The position numbers and the translations under genes are program-made. Positions 1 to 13,660 of a stretch of 64,000 bases of DNA are shown here, in pieces. This stretch comes from Vicugna vicugna (taxonomy: Eukaryota). The DNA is taken from the NCBI GenBank assembly GCA_013265495.1, contig MU063892.1, positions 4,559,308 to 4,623,307 of the forward strand, written 5' to 3'. The notes below the pieces were generated by a model that was not told the origin of the DNA, made no database searches, and saw nothing but the letters and a program-made list of their open reading frames with translations. Within the stretch, counting starts at the first letter, position 1, and each line of letters opens with the position of its first letter.

Positions 1-2296
1 TCCAAAGAGAGCCAGCTTTCTGGCAGATTGGAGAGGAGAAATTTATATGTGAGAATGTAAGTTTTATAAAGACTTGGCCTTTGCTCATCTTGCTTATTGC
101 TGTGTCTCAGCGACTGAAACAGTTCCTGCATCAATGTATCTTTTCTTGAATGAATGAATGAATGTATGAGTGAATGAATGAGAAGCAAGATTCACTTGCT
201 GAGAGGTCAAAGCTTGGTCAGTGGGCTGGGTGTATGGTTCTGGTGTCAATACAATGAATAGCCCTCAGATTGCTGACAGTGACATTTTGGCTAAGGGTGT
301 TTTTGCTAAAGATTTTTATCTGGGACAGCTAATTCTCTGTTGAAAGTCACCTTCATCTCCCTTGAGCTGAGTATCACTGGTCTTTCCTAAACTCAAATAA
401 AGTAAGCTCTATCCTTTATCTATGTAATGTCAGTCCATGTCCAACCATGCTGTTATTCCAGGGGACCTCAGCTGGGGAAATCAATCCTCCACCAAGTGAG
501 TCACTCTGATCCTCAGAATCTGTAATGCTCTCTACCTCACCATTCCTTGATCCTGGACTTTATTAGAACCTGGGGTCATCTCATCTAAACTTACTGTAAA
601 TTAGTGAACTTGATGCCTTATTGTTCAGACATTCAAGATAGTGGCACCAAACTGTCCATTTCCAACAAAAAGATATTCAAACATCAACAAACCAAGATTT
701 TCCTGCTTGAATTCCATGAAATGAACGCTAATCCTAAAAGCCCATTTATCGGACCAGATTGATCCATTTGATGCATTCATTATCTACATACAGCAGATGG
801 GGGTGTGAGACAATGGCCAGAGGTAGCCTACAGCTAAGAGGTTACGGCAGACTCTGTGTGAGGTGGGAGAGGTGCATGACTGCTGGAGTAACAATAACAA
901 CTTCTGCTGTTTATTATGCACTCACTGTGTACCAAGTATCCTGCTGAGACTTCATTCCTAGTTCTCCTGGTCTTCATGACAGCACTTCTGGGTAGTCATT
1001 ATTGCTTCCATTTTCCAGAGCAGAAGTTGTGTCTTAAAATGTAGTTGATTGACATTCCCAAGGTCTTCTGTTTACTAAGTGTCACAGCTGGAATTTGGAC
1101 CCAGACTGAGTCAGGAGCTGCTATTCTGAGGAGCGTGTGAGAAAGTTTGTTTAGCACTGAGAAGAGAGAGACATTGAGGTGTTCTCTCTTTGATAGGTAT
1201 TTGCAGAGAATTCTCAGAGGCAGGCATGAATCCTTTGGACAAAGACTTTACAGAATAAGTTGACTTGAAAAAAACAAAAGGACCCAGTTGGGCTGGGGAC
1301 AAGGGAAACATGCAAAATGAAGAGGTGGAACTGGGGAAGCGTGTGTCAGCTGTAAGGAAACCATTTTTTATCTCTGTTTGGGAGCCTTGCTATATGTGGT
1401 TTAAATGTGTTGTAAAACGTTACTTTGTGGAAGAGGGTGAATGGTCCTTGGAAAAGGACAATCTGTGTCAAAGAGGAGGTCATAACATTTCAGAGAGCCC
1501 ACAGCAGCAAGAAACAGGACTGACTGCTCAAGTGATTGGAAGGACGAGAAGGTTAGAATGGGCTGCGAAAAAGACTTTGAAAACTTTTCCTTATTGGGAA
1601 CATGTCAGTCCCACTGAAAATCCAAGGCAACCTTACTTCTGAACTTGAAAGAAAGAGGTTGTAAGAGCCTATCATTGTAAAGGTGCATCTAGAAGATGAC
1701 TTGAGGTAGCTCTGATGACTAATCTTTAGGAGGATTGTACCACCAAGGAGGAAGGCTCTCAGCTTCTACAGCTAGGTTTTATCATCCAAAATACAAGCTC
1801 CTGGTATTTAATTTAGAGTCTATATTTAAATGTATTCGACAAATGTATTGCAAAAATAGACTTGGGACTCCAAAAGTGGTCTTTGTCTTACTATTTAAAA
1901 AGAAAAATTCAGGAAGCTTCTAAATATATTTGGAATGCCTTATGACCAATGGATTATCAGTAAAGGAAAGTATGGAGAGGGAAGATGATGGCAGAAGTAT
2001 AGGTGGGAGTTGGGAGTGCCATTAGGATACAAAAGCCATGTTGGAAGTGTCCACACTTGTTAAGGGTGAGTCCTTTCCAGCAGCCAACACAATAGGTCTT
2101 TGCCGGCAACAGTCTGCTCTTCACCCGTCCCCATTTCTTATAAGCCCCAACCTTTACTTTCTCCGTGTCTCCTTGTTCTTCCTGTTTTAATTTGAATGTC
2201 ATTTTCTCAAGGAGGTTTTCTCTGACCTTCCAGACTCAGTTATTCCTCCACGTTTTATGCTCCATTAGTACACTCTTTTTTCTTTGTAGTAAAGTA

Positions 2297-2324
2297 AATG
2301 ATGATGATGATGATGATGATGATG

Positions 2325-2359
<35 letters not shown>
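2297..2359. repeat. Compound microsatellite AAT(GAT)9(AAT)11
   Basis: Read directly. Confidence 0.95.
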
Positions 2360-2360
<1 letters not shown>

Positions 2361-2780
2361 CTCACTGCATAGCACAAACTATGTGTTAGCTCTCTTCTAA
2401 GCACTTCACAGGTATTACCTCATTTAGTTCTCTCAATAACCCGATGAGGTAGGTACAATCATGTTTTAACTAAACCAAGATACAATCAGATAATACGTAC
2501 CAATTATCTTATGTGCTTTTAAGGAAAAAAAATGCTGCCATTAATAACCAGAAGATACTAATGGTTCTCAGAAAAGTCCTCATCTCAGGGATATTAAAAT
2601 ATGGAAGGTTTTGTGTCTTAGAATTAGTGAATTTCCCTGTTACTATCACCATTTTACAGGTGAAAAAACTAAATCACATAAGTGAATGGATTTTCCCCAA
2701 GTCACACATCTAGGAAGTGGTGGAGTTGAAATTGGAGTTCCAGAAGTCTGGCTTCAGAGTTTATCTTCTTAACCACTATC
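2360..2780 (-). mobile_element. MIR, interrupted at about 2461-2630
   Basis: ctcatttagttctctcaataacccgatgaggtagg; ccattttacaggtgaaaaaact...ccaagtcacacatctag. Confidence 0.75.
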
Positions 2781-3284
2781 CTATGTTATCAATACATACT
2801 TATAACTTGTAATTACATATTCGTGTGCTTCTGTGCTCAATGCCTGCTTATCGAAGAGACTGGATGATGTGTAAAGGCAAGGACTGTGCTGTTATTAGGC
2901 CCTGGTGTATCCCCAAATGCAGTCCACTGTCTAGCACACTGACATTTAATGATGAATAATGGAATGAGTGCATCAAAGAGGAAACACTGGATTTGGAGAT
3001 AAACTCCATGGGTTTCTCCTGGATCTGCAATTTTTACTCAAGGTGTAATCTTTGACATGCCACTGTGTTCTCTGGGCCTCAGTTTCTCTATTTAATGCAA
3101 GAGGAGCTTACATTAGATTTTCTCTAAGTGCTCTCCAGCTCTGAAATTCTGTGTACTGCAAATCTGCACTGCAAGCCAGTGCCATGTCCAGCTCTGGGAA
3201 CGTCCATGCTTCCGATCTGTAGAACGAATATAGACACAGGAAACTGGGACCACTACAAGTTTCTGCTCTTAATAAACATCTTAT

Positions 3285-3540
3285 GATGGTTTAGAGCTTG
3301 ATCTCTGGGTTCCAGTGGGGTGGGATTCAAATTTCAGCCCCTTCATTTTGGGCCTGCACAACTCCGGACATTTTGTTGACCCCTTTTAACCTTTGTTTTT
3401 CTCAGTGGTGAATGGTGGAAGGAATATCAACATAGTAATCTTCAGAGGATTATTATGTGGATTGAACTAGATAAAGCATATGAAGGACATAACAGAATGC
3501 CTGGTACATAGCACTTAACAAACATTAGCTATTATTATAG
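3285..3540 (+). mobile_element. MIR
   Basis: gggattcaaatttcagcc...ataacagaatgcctggtacatag...aacattagctatt. Confidence 0.7.
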
Positions 3541-3685
3541 CTATGGTTAAAATATGAATTGAATAAAATAAATATTGTAGGACTAATTTAAAAAAAAAAA
3601 AGGCAGTTACTAAGAGCCTGAGCAGTGAGGGAAGTCTTCTTGGCAGAGGAGAGACCAGAGTTGGACCATGAAGCAAAAGAAAGTG

Positions 3686-3862
3686 CTAGACCTATACTGT
3701 CCAATGTGGGAGCAAATAGCCATATGTGGCTGTTTAAACTAAAATGTAAATTAATCCACAGTCCCCACATTTCAAAATGCTCAGTAGCCACATGTGGCTA
3801 AGTGGCTGCTGCATTAAAGAGCATTTCTAGTATTACAGCAAGTTCAGTTAGACAGCTGTGAT
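3686..3862. mobile_element. MER3/MER33-like hAT-Charlie MITE
   Basis: ctgtccaat...tagccatatgtggct...ccacatttcaaaatgctcagtagccacatgtggcta. Confidence 0.8.
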
Positions 3863-4012
3863 GGAGAGTGAAATTATGTTTCATATATATTTCATTTCAC
3901 TTAAAATATTTATTGAGTGATAGTGCTGTGCTGGGCACTATGCTATGAATCCAGATTTTACAGTGAGCAAAACCAGACCCATTGTCTGGCCTGATAGAAT
4001 ATAGACTAGAGT

Positions 4013-4228
4013 AGGTGGTAGCAAACTACAGCCCACCAGCCAACTGCTGTGTCTCAATAAAACTTTATGAAGTTATATTGAAACACAGCCATGTTCACTA
4101 GTTACTCTATTGCCTGTGACTATTTGTAGCTGCAACAGCAGAGTTCAATAGTCAAGACTCTATGGCTTGCAAAACCAAACATATTTACCATCTGGCCCTT
4201 TGTAGGAGAAAAAATGCCAACCCCTGGT
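4013..4228 (+). mobile_element. MER58A-like hAT-Charlie element
   Basis: gcaaactacagccc...aataaaactttat...gaaacacagccatg...ccatctggcccttt...tgccaacccctg. Confidence 0.85.
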
Positions 4229-4279
4229 CTAGGAGACTGATTTAATGCTTTGGCATCTGAGTTCAAGAACTGGGTTTTG

Positions 4280-5065
4280 TATTTATTCTTTCATTCATGT
4301 ATGTGTTCATTTAACATTCAACTGGTATTTATCAAGCACCTAATATAAGCAGGATGTCAGGCAGTGACAGGATGAAAACAGATAAAAATTGCTGCCGTCA
4401 TGGAGCTCACATTCTGGTAGGGGCAGGGGACAGACAGATGATTAGAATATATAGACTATATACAGTAATAAGTAAACAAATTAGATCTATGTTAGATGAT
4501 GACATGTTATTAAAGCAAGCAAACAAACAAAAAAAGACTGCAGGAAGAGGGGGCTGTGAACGTGGAGGAGCGGTGGTAACCTGCTCAAGGTAAGCATGAC
4601 TGGGGAGTGAGGGAGCAAAGCATGCTTCTTGGCTGTCTGGGGAGAGCAGAGTCCAAGCAGAGTGGGCAGCCAGGACAAAGGCTCTGAGGCTGCCTGTGCC
4701 TCACCTGTTTGAGGGAGATCATGGGGGAGAACGTGGCTGAGAGCTTCCCTGGATGTTAGGAGATGGGGTCTGAGAGGGACCAGAGGGCCAGAGCCTGTGT
4801 CAAACATTTTAAGAACATTGGCTTTCAACCTGAATGCAAGGAGAAGCCACAGAACATTCTGAGCAGAGGATTGACATCATCTAACTTACATTTTAAGAGG
4901 ATCATACTAGTCACTCTATTGAGAAAAATCTACAGGGGCAGAGGCAAGAGTGATAGCAGAGAAGCTTCTTGGGAGACTGATGGGATAGTCCAGTCCAGAG
5001 ATGATGGTACTGTGGGCCAAGGTGGAAGCCATGGAGGTGGAAAGAAGTGGTCAGAATCTAGATAC
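4280..5065 (-). mobile_element. L2 LINE 3' portion
   Basis: ttcattcat...tttatcaagcacct...catggagctcacattctggt...ttttaagaggatca...tagtccagtccagagatgatgg. Confidence 0.8.
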
Positions 5066-5297
5066 TGCGTTTCATTCATTGCAGTGATTTAGTGAGTGGC
5101 AATTACATGCCGGGCATCATACCCAGTGCTGGGGATGGCCAGTGAGAGAGGCTGCTGTTTCTGTCCCTTGGAGCTTCCTGTCTGATGAATTGGTTTCAGG
5201 CTTTGACGTCAAGGATGAGGAGTCCAATTGTTATGTCCGGTGCGAGGACCAGTTTTCATGCTGTCTTTAAGGGAAGGACCCGGGAGAGGAGGATGCT

Positions 5298-5700
5298 GAC
5301 TTAGTCTGCTTGGGCTGTCATGGCAAAATGTCATAGATTGGGTGGCTTGAACCATAGACACTTATTTTTCACAGTTCTGGAGGTTGGGAGGTCAACATCA
5401 AGGTACCACTGAATTGGTTCCTGGTGAGGGTTCTTTTCCTGGGTTGCAGACGGCTGACTTCTTGACCTGTCACTGTGTCCTCACTTGGCCTTTCCGCAGC
5501 GTGTGCATGCAGAGAGAAAGTGCAGTCTCTCTCGCCTCTGCTTCTCATGAGACCATTAACCCCATCACGAGGGCCCTGCTCTCATGACCCTACCTGACCC
5601 TAATTGCCTCCCAAAGGCCCCTTCTCCAAATAACATCACCTTGGGGATTAGGGCTCCAACATAGCGATTCGGGGGAGACACAGACTTTCAGTCTATTACA
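5298..5700 (-). mobile_element. MLT1A-like MaLR LTR
   Basis: ttagtctgcttgggctg...cacagttctggagg...ctctcatgacc...ctcccaaaggcccc...catcaccttggggattagg. Confidence 0.85.
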
Positions 5701-6564
5701 AACACCAGTGACCTAGGATGAGAGAGGAAGGAAAACAGTGAAATAAGGGACACTGGTGAGGGGGCTGGACAGAGCTTTACTGGACACCGTGCCACGCAGG
5801 GCTGGGACTAGAGCCAGGCGAGAAAGGGGCCCCAGCGCAGAATCTAACGTGTCATTCTCAGGTGGCAACTCTGCACTTGTACAGTCCTGAGTGCCCCCTC
5901 GAACTTGGGGAGGGAATGTATTAGTTCACAACTGTGGCCTCTCCAGCCCTTCTCCTGAGAAGACTCTGGCAGGGGCAAGCTTGGGGGCGAGGTCAGAGAA
6001 CAAAGAGGGGCAGAGCAGGGAGGAGCCGTGCTGCCATCTAGTCCAAGCCCCTCCTTCTGCAGCTGCTGAGGGCAAGTCTTCACCTTCATTCAGGGTGGGG
6101 CGGCGCCTTGGCCAAGTCAAGTTAGTGGCAGAGAGGAGGTCTCTAGACTATCATGCTGATGGCTGGTTTCCCTACCTCTTGAGAACATCTTATGCGGTCA
6201 AGACATTTTATCCTTGGGATGTAGGCCCCCAGCTGCAAACTGGCCCAATGCCTTCTGGAGTCTTTTGCAACGTGTGAAGGTATTGGTCCTGATGGTGCTT
6301 TCCCAGGCTCGTCTTGCAGACTTATGATCAGAATCACGCATTCATGCAAGGAAGTGTTTCAGTGCTGGACCTCAGGGGCATGGTGAGTTCCCCATCAGCT
6401 TCATGAAGGTCTGTCATTCAGAAATATTGACTGAGCCCCAAGACTGAGTCAGTCCGCAGGGAAGACAGTGGATGAGATGCTGCCACCTCCTGTATTTGCT
6501 CATAATCCAGCTGCCCTCATAGGGGGCTCTGTTTTGTTTTTGGAGAGGCAGAGCAAACTTGTAA

Positions 6565-6800
6565 GAGTCAAGGCTTTGAAGTCAGACAGATCTGGGTTAA
6601 AAATCTTGGCTCTGCCTCTAACTACAGTCTTGGTAGGGTTTTAAACAAATTGCCTAATTTTCCCCAAGCCTCCATTTCCTGCTCTTTTTCATCGGAGAAA
6701 AAGGTATTCACCTTTGCTAGGTTGTTGTGATGATTATAATCAGTACAAAGTACCTGATACATTATATGGCAAATACACATGTTCAACAAATGGGAATTAT
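6565..6800 (+). mobile_element. MIR
   Basis: ggctttgaagtcagacagatctgggtt...ccaagcctccatttcc. Confidence 0.7.
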
Positions 6801-7075
6801 TGCATCAGGAGCAAAAAGCACCCCCAGTGTGGGCAATGCTTAACCCACAAAAGACTTAATCATGATGGAATGGAAGGCGTGGTGACAGATTTTGGAGCAA
6901 AAGGGGTCTCCACGAAACTATTTAAAACACAGCACTTAGCAATAGCACCAGCCTTTTCTGGTTATTTGATGCCATCTATAGGGAGCCAGCCCACTGTACT
7001 GTACCATCTTTCTCCTCTCTCTTGGCTGAAGGCAGCTTTCATTTCAATGTCGGTGATTAAAGATATCTGAATAGG

Positions 7076-7078
<3 letters not shown>

Positions 7079-7120
<42 letters not shown>
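7079..7120. repeat. (GT)21 microsatellite
   Basis: Read directly. Confidence 0.95.
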
Positions 7121-7122
<2 letters not shown>

Positions 7123-9029
7123 CTGCCCCAGCCTTTTGGCTATAGTGGTAAATGGTCTCTTCATTAAAACCCCACTAGGTGAGTGTTTACCAGACCACAT
7201 GGAGTGATGGAGGGGGTGTGGATTTTATGCTGATCACACCAAGACTGTCCATCAGGACAGAACGTCCAGGAATTTGAACTGCCTCTCACAAGTCAAGCAA
7301 AGTCATGTGGGCTCGCCCTGTGCACTGTGAACGGACTGCTGCAGTCTCTGAAATGGTCAAAAATGGACGTTAACAGTCAAGCTCGACTCCCTTGTGGAGC
7401 CCGGAGCAGGCCACTTGGACTCACATTGCCTAATTTTAATGATTCATGCTGATTCTTCATCACATACCAGTAAATGTGGTGTAATCATGTTTTGCAGAAG
7501 AATGTGCATCTTAGGAACGGGAGCCGGTGCTGTCCTGGAATTAAATCATTCCCAGAAAGTGGGGGCTGCGTGGGGTGGGGGTGAGGGGCAGAGGCTGTCG
7601 TCTGTGTGCTTGTGTGAGAGGCAGGCACAGAGAGTGAGATGGATGGGAAGGGAGGAGAGAAGATGGAAGGGAAGAAAAAGATGAGAATGAGAGAAATCAG
7701 GAGAGAGAGGGAGAAACAAAGGAGAACCAGAGTTAGCAGGACATGAACGTATTCTCTGTTCTAGGCACCTTTACAGACCTTCCCATTAACCCTTGAAATA
7801 GGCAAACTGTCCTTTTTGGCCTCTTATTTGCGGAAGGGGAAGTGAAGGTAGGTCTTGGGGATTTAACCTGGGCCTCTGACTCAAACTCAGGTTCTTTTCA
7901 CTGCAGAGCGACGCCAAGGAAATGAGGCAGACAGACAGTGAGGAACATGGGAACGCACACAGGGGGCAAGGCCAGGACAGAGAAGCAGAGGCCCAAGAGA
8001 GAAAAAGAGGCAGTGACAAAAAGACAAAGGTTGGGAAACAAAGAGAGATGGAGATGGTGGGGAGAGAGAACCATAGAACAGAAGAGAGACAAGCAGCAGA
8101 GGCGTGAGCAAGAACATGAATGAGGATTCATCGAGAATGAGAGTAGCGGAGTGAAAGTTAGCTGGGTTCAGCTGCACGTGCACAGTGTGTAAAGTGGTAT
8201 GATGTTCCAGATGGAAGGAACTGGAAATGACGGCCCTCCAGTTTCCCAGGAAGCTAGCTGTGACCCTGATCACCTGCCTGCCGCTGGGGCTGAGGTCACT
8301 GAGGAAGGGACCCCTCTGCATCAGTGTGTGCATGTCTCCCCTGGTTCTCTCCATCTCCCCCCAAGTCCTGACTAGAGGAAGGCAAAGGTCCATCCCTGCA
8401 GGAGTCTGGACCCCCTTGCTTTATAGCGCGATGGCATGGCCAGGACGTCTGGGGCTCAGTGCACATTGTACTCAGTGCACATCTAGAAAGTCATTCCTCT
8501 TTTTGCTTTAATTCTATAAATGAAATTTGATTTTAAACTCACAAAGATAGCCGATGCTCAGGGGGAAAAACATCAATGCATTTCTTTTGTGCACGGAAGA
8601 ACTCTTTTGCAAAATGAATAATTACCCTCTGCTTATTCCATTTTGTATATTTCAGTTTGCTGTTTCAGGTTTTGTGCAAGTCGGGGAACGACTGCATTAT
8701 TAATCATCGTGTGTCCTAAATGGGATAAGTCTATATGTTGTCATCACTGCATCCTTGTGAATGAGGGAGGACAGGACTTATGCTCCCCTCCTGCCAGGAG
8801 AGAAGGAGGCGGCTCAGAGAGATGAAGGGGCTTGAGCAAGGCCACACGTTAACTGGTGGGGAAACAGAGCAGCCGAGTCCTGCAGCATGACAACCACCAA
8901 GCCTAGTGCCATCTACATCTCTGTAAGCTCCAACACAGGTGTGCTTGGCGGCCAGAAGGAGCCACCAAGGGGGCTCATTTTGAGACGCACGGTCACGCTG
9001 AACTCCTCCATCTTACCAGGCATAGTGTC

Positions 9030-9230
9030 TGGGTGCTCTGACTCCAGGGTGAAGCTGAACTGGGTTCGAATCCTGACCCTGTTGCTTCCCCACTGTGTCA
9101 ACTACAGGCTGGTCATTTAGCCCCTGGGAGCTTCAGTTTCCTCCCCTGTAAAATCAGGACATTAGCACCTGCTTCACAGAGTGGCTGGGTGGATTAACAC
9201 ATTATGCTTCACAAGATCTATAAGCATCTC
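9030..9230 (+). mobile_element. MIR
   Basis: ctgggttcgaatcctgacc...ttcagtttcctcccctgtaaaat. Confidence 0.75.
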
Positions 9231-9799
9231 TTAGCCTTGCCCTTTCCCCAAATTATAACCAAAGGGTCCAGGATAGGAGCTATGGTTAGAAAAGAACATT
9301 AAGAAAACCAGTTTCCTGATGCTAATCACAGCAAGAGCAGGTTATGTTTCTGGAGCTCGTACTGGGAATAGAGCATCTTCATTCTTGTACAGTGAGAGGG
9401 CCAGGCTTGATTAACCTCAGTGTAGAATTGAGGAAACTGAGTCTTGGCCAGAGAAGGAAACTGTACAAAGACCACAGGCCACTGGGTAAAACATGCAGAG
9501 TTCTGACCCCAGTGCCTGTCTTCTCTGCTTTCAGCTGCCTCTCTCCGTGCATAATGCTTGGATTCAGCATTTGGGAATGACTATTTTCCAGAGGAGGTAC
9601 GGGAGTTCGCAGGGGCTATTTCCCCTTGCCTGTAGCAGTACTAGGGCGGGAATTCTCAGTGCTTAGTCAGCCCTCTGGCTCTGCTGATCTGGCTGATCCA
9701 GAGAAACAAGGGGGCACATGGTTCTCCCTTTGTGCTGTGACCTACCTTGGGTCCCATCCTTTCCTCTGTCTGGAAAACTCTTCCTTGCCCTTGAGAGAG

Positions 9800-10010
9800 A
9801 GGTAGTATAGCCTGGGGGCAGCAGCACTGTCTCTGGAACCAGGCTGGCTGGATTCCAGCCCTGGCTCAGGCCGTCCTAGCTTTGTGACTCTAGGCAAGCA
9901 ACTCACTTAACCCCTCTGGGCCTCAGTCTCCTCCTCTGGAAGATGGGGTTGAAAATAGAATCTGCTTCATAGGCTTGTTGGGAGGGTCATGTGAGTTAAT
10001 GTACATAGAG
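9800..10010 (+). mobile_element. MIR
   Basis: ctagctttgtgactctaggcaag...cctcagtctcctcctctggaagatgggg...catgtgagttaatgtacat. Confidence 0.75.
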
Positions 10011-12664
10011 AAGTTCCAGCTCCACCTGGCAGTTGAGGAGCTCGGCGTTCCCTCTTCTCATCTCCCTCCCTCTTCACTGGAGTGCCTCTGACCTGGGAGC
10101 AGAGTTCAGAGCTCTTTCCTCTGCGTACTGGGGCTCTTTGCACAAATTCCTCAACAGCCGGTAAAACACCTCGCAGTAATGATACATTTTGTTCTCAATC
10201 TCTCCACTCAAGTGTCTGAAGGCAGAGAATCAGACGAATATGTCTCTGTGCATCGATCCCACCTGTGCTGGGTACAGAGGAATTGTACAGAGAGGGAAAA
10301 TGGTCTGAAGAAGTACTGTCTGGACCAGAGATGAGGCAAGAACCACGTGGGGAGGAGAAAGGGAGGAACCCAGGAGGAGAGGAGAGGGGCCAGGGCACCA
10401 CACCAGGGAGGAAACACCGCCTGCCGGAGCCCCGCCTGGGCAGCAGCATCGGGGATGACAGCGGCGCTGGCCGGAATGGTAGTGAGACTAGTTACAACTT
10501 CCGCATGCTGAATGCTGCCTACGTGTCTGGTGACGTGGTCATTGTTTTTAACCTGTTATCGCCATTCCTTGTGACAATTTTAAAAATTGGGTTTAAGGTA
10601 CCCATTTTCTGATGAGGAAATTGAGGCCCAAAGAAGGGTGACAACTTATCCAGGCCACTCAATCCATAAGTAGACTGAGGATTCAGCCTCAGGTTGCTTT
10701 GATTGCCAGGTCCATGCTGTTTCCCCATTGTGGGGCTGTGATCCTTGATCCCCCCTCCAACCCATTCCAGACTGATTTGAGAAGCCTGGATGATGCAGGC
10801 TCTGGGGTGGAGGGTGGTCAGGGGTGGGGGGATGGCAGCCCCTCGCTCAGCAGGCCTAGCTCTGTGCATCCCTGTGAGGAATCCCAGGGTGCCCAGCTGG
10901 AACCAGATTACTCTGTTTGAAGGATACATCTGCGTCCATATCCGTTCCAGGCTGTTAGTGAGATCTCTTCCCTCCCTCCATCCTCAATCAGCCGTAGTTT
11001 TAAGGGAGTCTCTTACCCACACGCTTTTCCCCCAGACACTCATTTGTAGATAATTGTGTGTGTGTGTGATGCACTCAGGGTGGGCGAGGCTTCTAGGAAG
11101 AGAGAGAATGGAGCCGGTGGAGAGGGTTCACCAGGGCTGAGACCTTGTAGTGGGGGCCCTGGTGTGGCCTGGCTGGTGGCCTCTCAGAGCCTAGGCCATC
11201 CCATGTGGGCTACCCACCTGAGCTGAGCAATAGCCAGTTAGGCCCCAAGTAGCCTTGTAAGGACTGTGATCTCTATCAGGCCCCATCACCAGCCTGTGCC
11301 ACCACCACCTTTTGGCCTCTTTTTTTTTTTTTTTAAATTCTTGCTCTCAGAGGCGTGATTATGAATGGCAGTGAGGGTCAGCAGCTCAGATGCAGGCATC
11401 CAAGTCTGTTTCAAATGCTCTGGGAAGTACAAGGCCTAAATGTCTCACTCCAGCAGTGTGAGGGAAAAAGGGACATCAGAGATGCCCATGTGAGGTCGCT
11501 TAGATGTCACCAAGACCAACCTCCTCACTGTACAGATAGAGAAACTGAGTCCCCAGGGAGGGTGGGGCCCTGCCCCAGGTCACACAGCACAACTGGCTGA
11601 GTAGACTTCCAAAGGAGCCCTCTTCCCTTCATGAACGGAATTTGGTATTTCACTATAGTCCTGTTTCTCTGCTTCCCAGGACTCTGTTCTCCAAACTCCC
11701 AACCCTCCCACACATCTTCTGACTCCCTCCTCCAGCCCCTCGGGAAATACTGGCTTCAAGAAACTAGACCAGAGCCTGTTTGAGGTAGAATCAAGGACTG
11801 GAGTTTGAGCAAGGTTTGAAGGAGTGTTTGGGGAACTCTGAGTACCAGCTACTCATTTTACAGTTGGGAAGACTGAGGCCTAGAAAAGCGAAGTGATTTG
11901 CCCAAGGTGCAGAGGGGTTAGCACTGTAAAATGTATTCCCTGATGACACTGCTTACCTTCAAAGCTGCCCAGATGACCTCCTTCCTTTACTAAATAGTCC
12001 TTTTGTCACTTAATTTTCCCTTCACTTCCTATTCTCTCTCAACCCCTGGTCTCTTCTCTGTTGAGTACATCCCTCTCTTATGCTCAGGTTCTGCTTTTCT
12101 CAAGAAGTGGGGTCAAGGCAGACTGGCTGCAAAAAGCAGGTCCTGGTCTGCAGATGAGTCTCGAACAACTCTGTTCTTATCAGAAAACCCAGGGGAAGTT
12201 AGAGCAGGAAACATACAGGGAGGGATAGTGGCTGATAAGGGGGAAGACTGGCTGGGCCAGTCACGAAGGACTTGGAAGGTTAGACTAGGGCATATGGATT
12301 CTATCATGAAAGCCACTGAAGTCCCTGGAGACCTTTTGGGATGAGCTGTGGGTGCAACTATTCCTTTGAAAAGATAACTGGCCATCAGTCATAGTTGTGG
12401 GGGGTACACTGAAAGCAGGTCTCCAGCGACAAGACTTTTTCAATAGTACATAGGGGCAATGTTGAGGACCTGCACCACGGAGAGATGGGGAGGATGGGTC
12501 TGTGGCAGCAAAGAGGTAGAATTAGTGGGAGGCCGGTACCATTTGGATGCTAAAGGTAAAAAAAAAAAACAAAAAACAAAAAACAAAAAACAAATCTACT
12601 CAGAGAACTCTTCTAAGTTTTCAAGTTTGGGAAGAAGGTAGGACCGTTATTCACAGAGGAGGGG

Positions 12665-13107
12665 CAGCTTTTGTTACACTGATGCTGTACAGCAAACAAC
12701 CATAGCCTTTTATCACCAACAACTCTGAACAGTTTTCCCCTTTGTGACACATTTGGGTGGACAGATCCAGTTGAGACCAAGGAGCACTTGACTCAAGCTC
12801 AGGTTGTGCCCACCCTATTCCACATGACCCACATCCTCCTTGGACCAACAGCTACTTGGAGTGAGGCTTTCTCATGGCCCGAGACAGGAATGCAAGAGAG
12901 CAAGTCCAGCCATACAGCACACTTCAAACCTTAGTTCGCGTCATGTCTGGTACCTTCCCATTGGTCGAAGCAAGTCATGAGCCAAGCATGAGGACAGGGT
13001 AGGAAAGAAATCTCACTCTTGCCACAATCAGCCATGGCAAGGATGTGAATGCATAATACCACTATAGAGAAATGAGGACTTGCCACCAATAATTCAGTCT
13101 ACGACAA
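12665..13107 (-). mobile_element. Old MLT1 (J/K-like) LTR
   Basis: gctgtacagcaaacaacc...cccattggtcgaagcaagtcatg...cagtctacgaca. Confidence 0.65.
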
Positions 13108-13660
13108 AGTAAATTTTCCTTCAGCAACCCCTGAATTCCTATTCCTCTGCCCTTGTCCACACTGCCTTAAAGCATGTCTTCTTAGAGGGCCATCACGTGG
13201 CTGGGGAAGGAGTCAGAAAAATCCTGGGTTTGGATATTTGCTCCTCTGTTCACAATCCTGGGCAGCTTACTCACCCCCTCCAAGCCTCAGCTTCGTATTA
13301 TTTAAAGAAGCCAATGACATCTTCCTCCCAGTGTTGTTATGGATGTCAATATTATTTGGGTAACATCAGTACATAGTAAACACTCATTTAACAGGAGGTA
13401 TGATGGTTCCCCTGAGGCTGACCCTGGTCAGCTAGAATCAACCCAACGACCCTTCATTCTGTAGATATTATTAGTTCAATGCAATTTGTACATAAATTAT
13501 TTACTTTTGAACAGGGTATACTTGGAAGAGCAATTCTTAACCCTTAGTAACAGTGGAATTTTAGAAATCAGCAGGATGCCAGTTTCAGTGTGGGTGGATT
13601 GGAGCTTCCTCTTCTTCCCTAACTCATATTGTCAAGCTCATGGTAGTTGTCAAATTAAAG

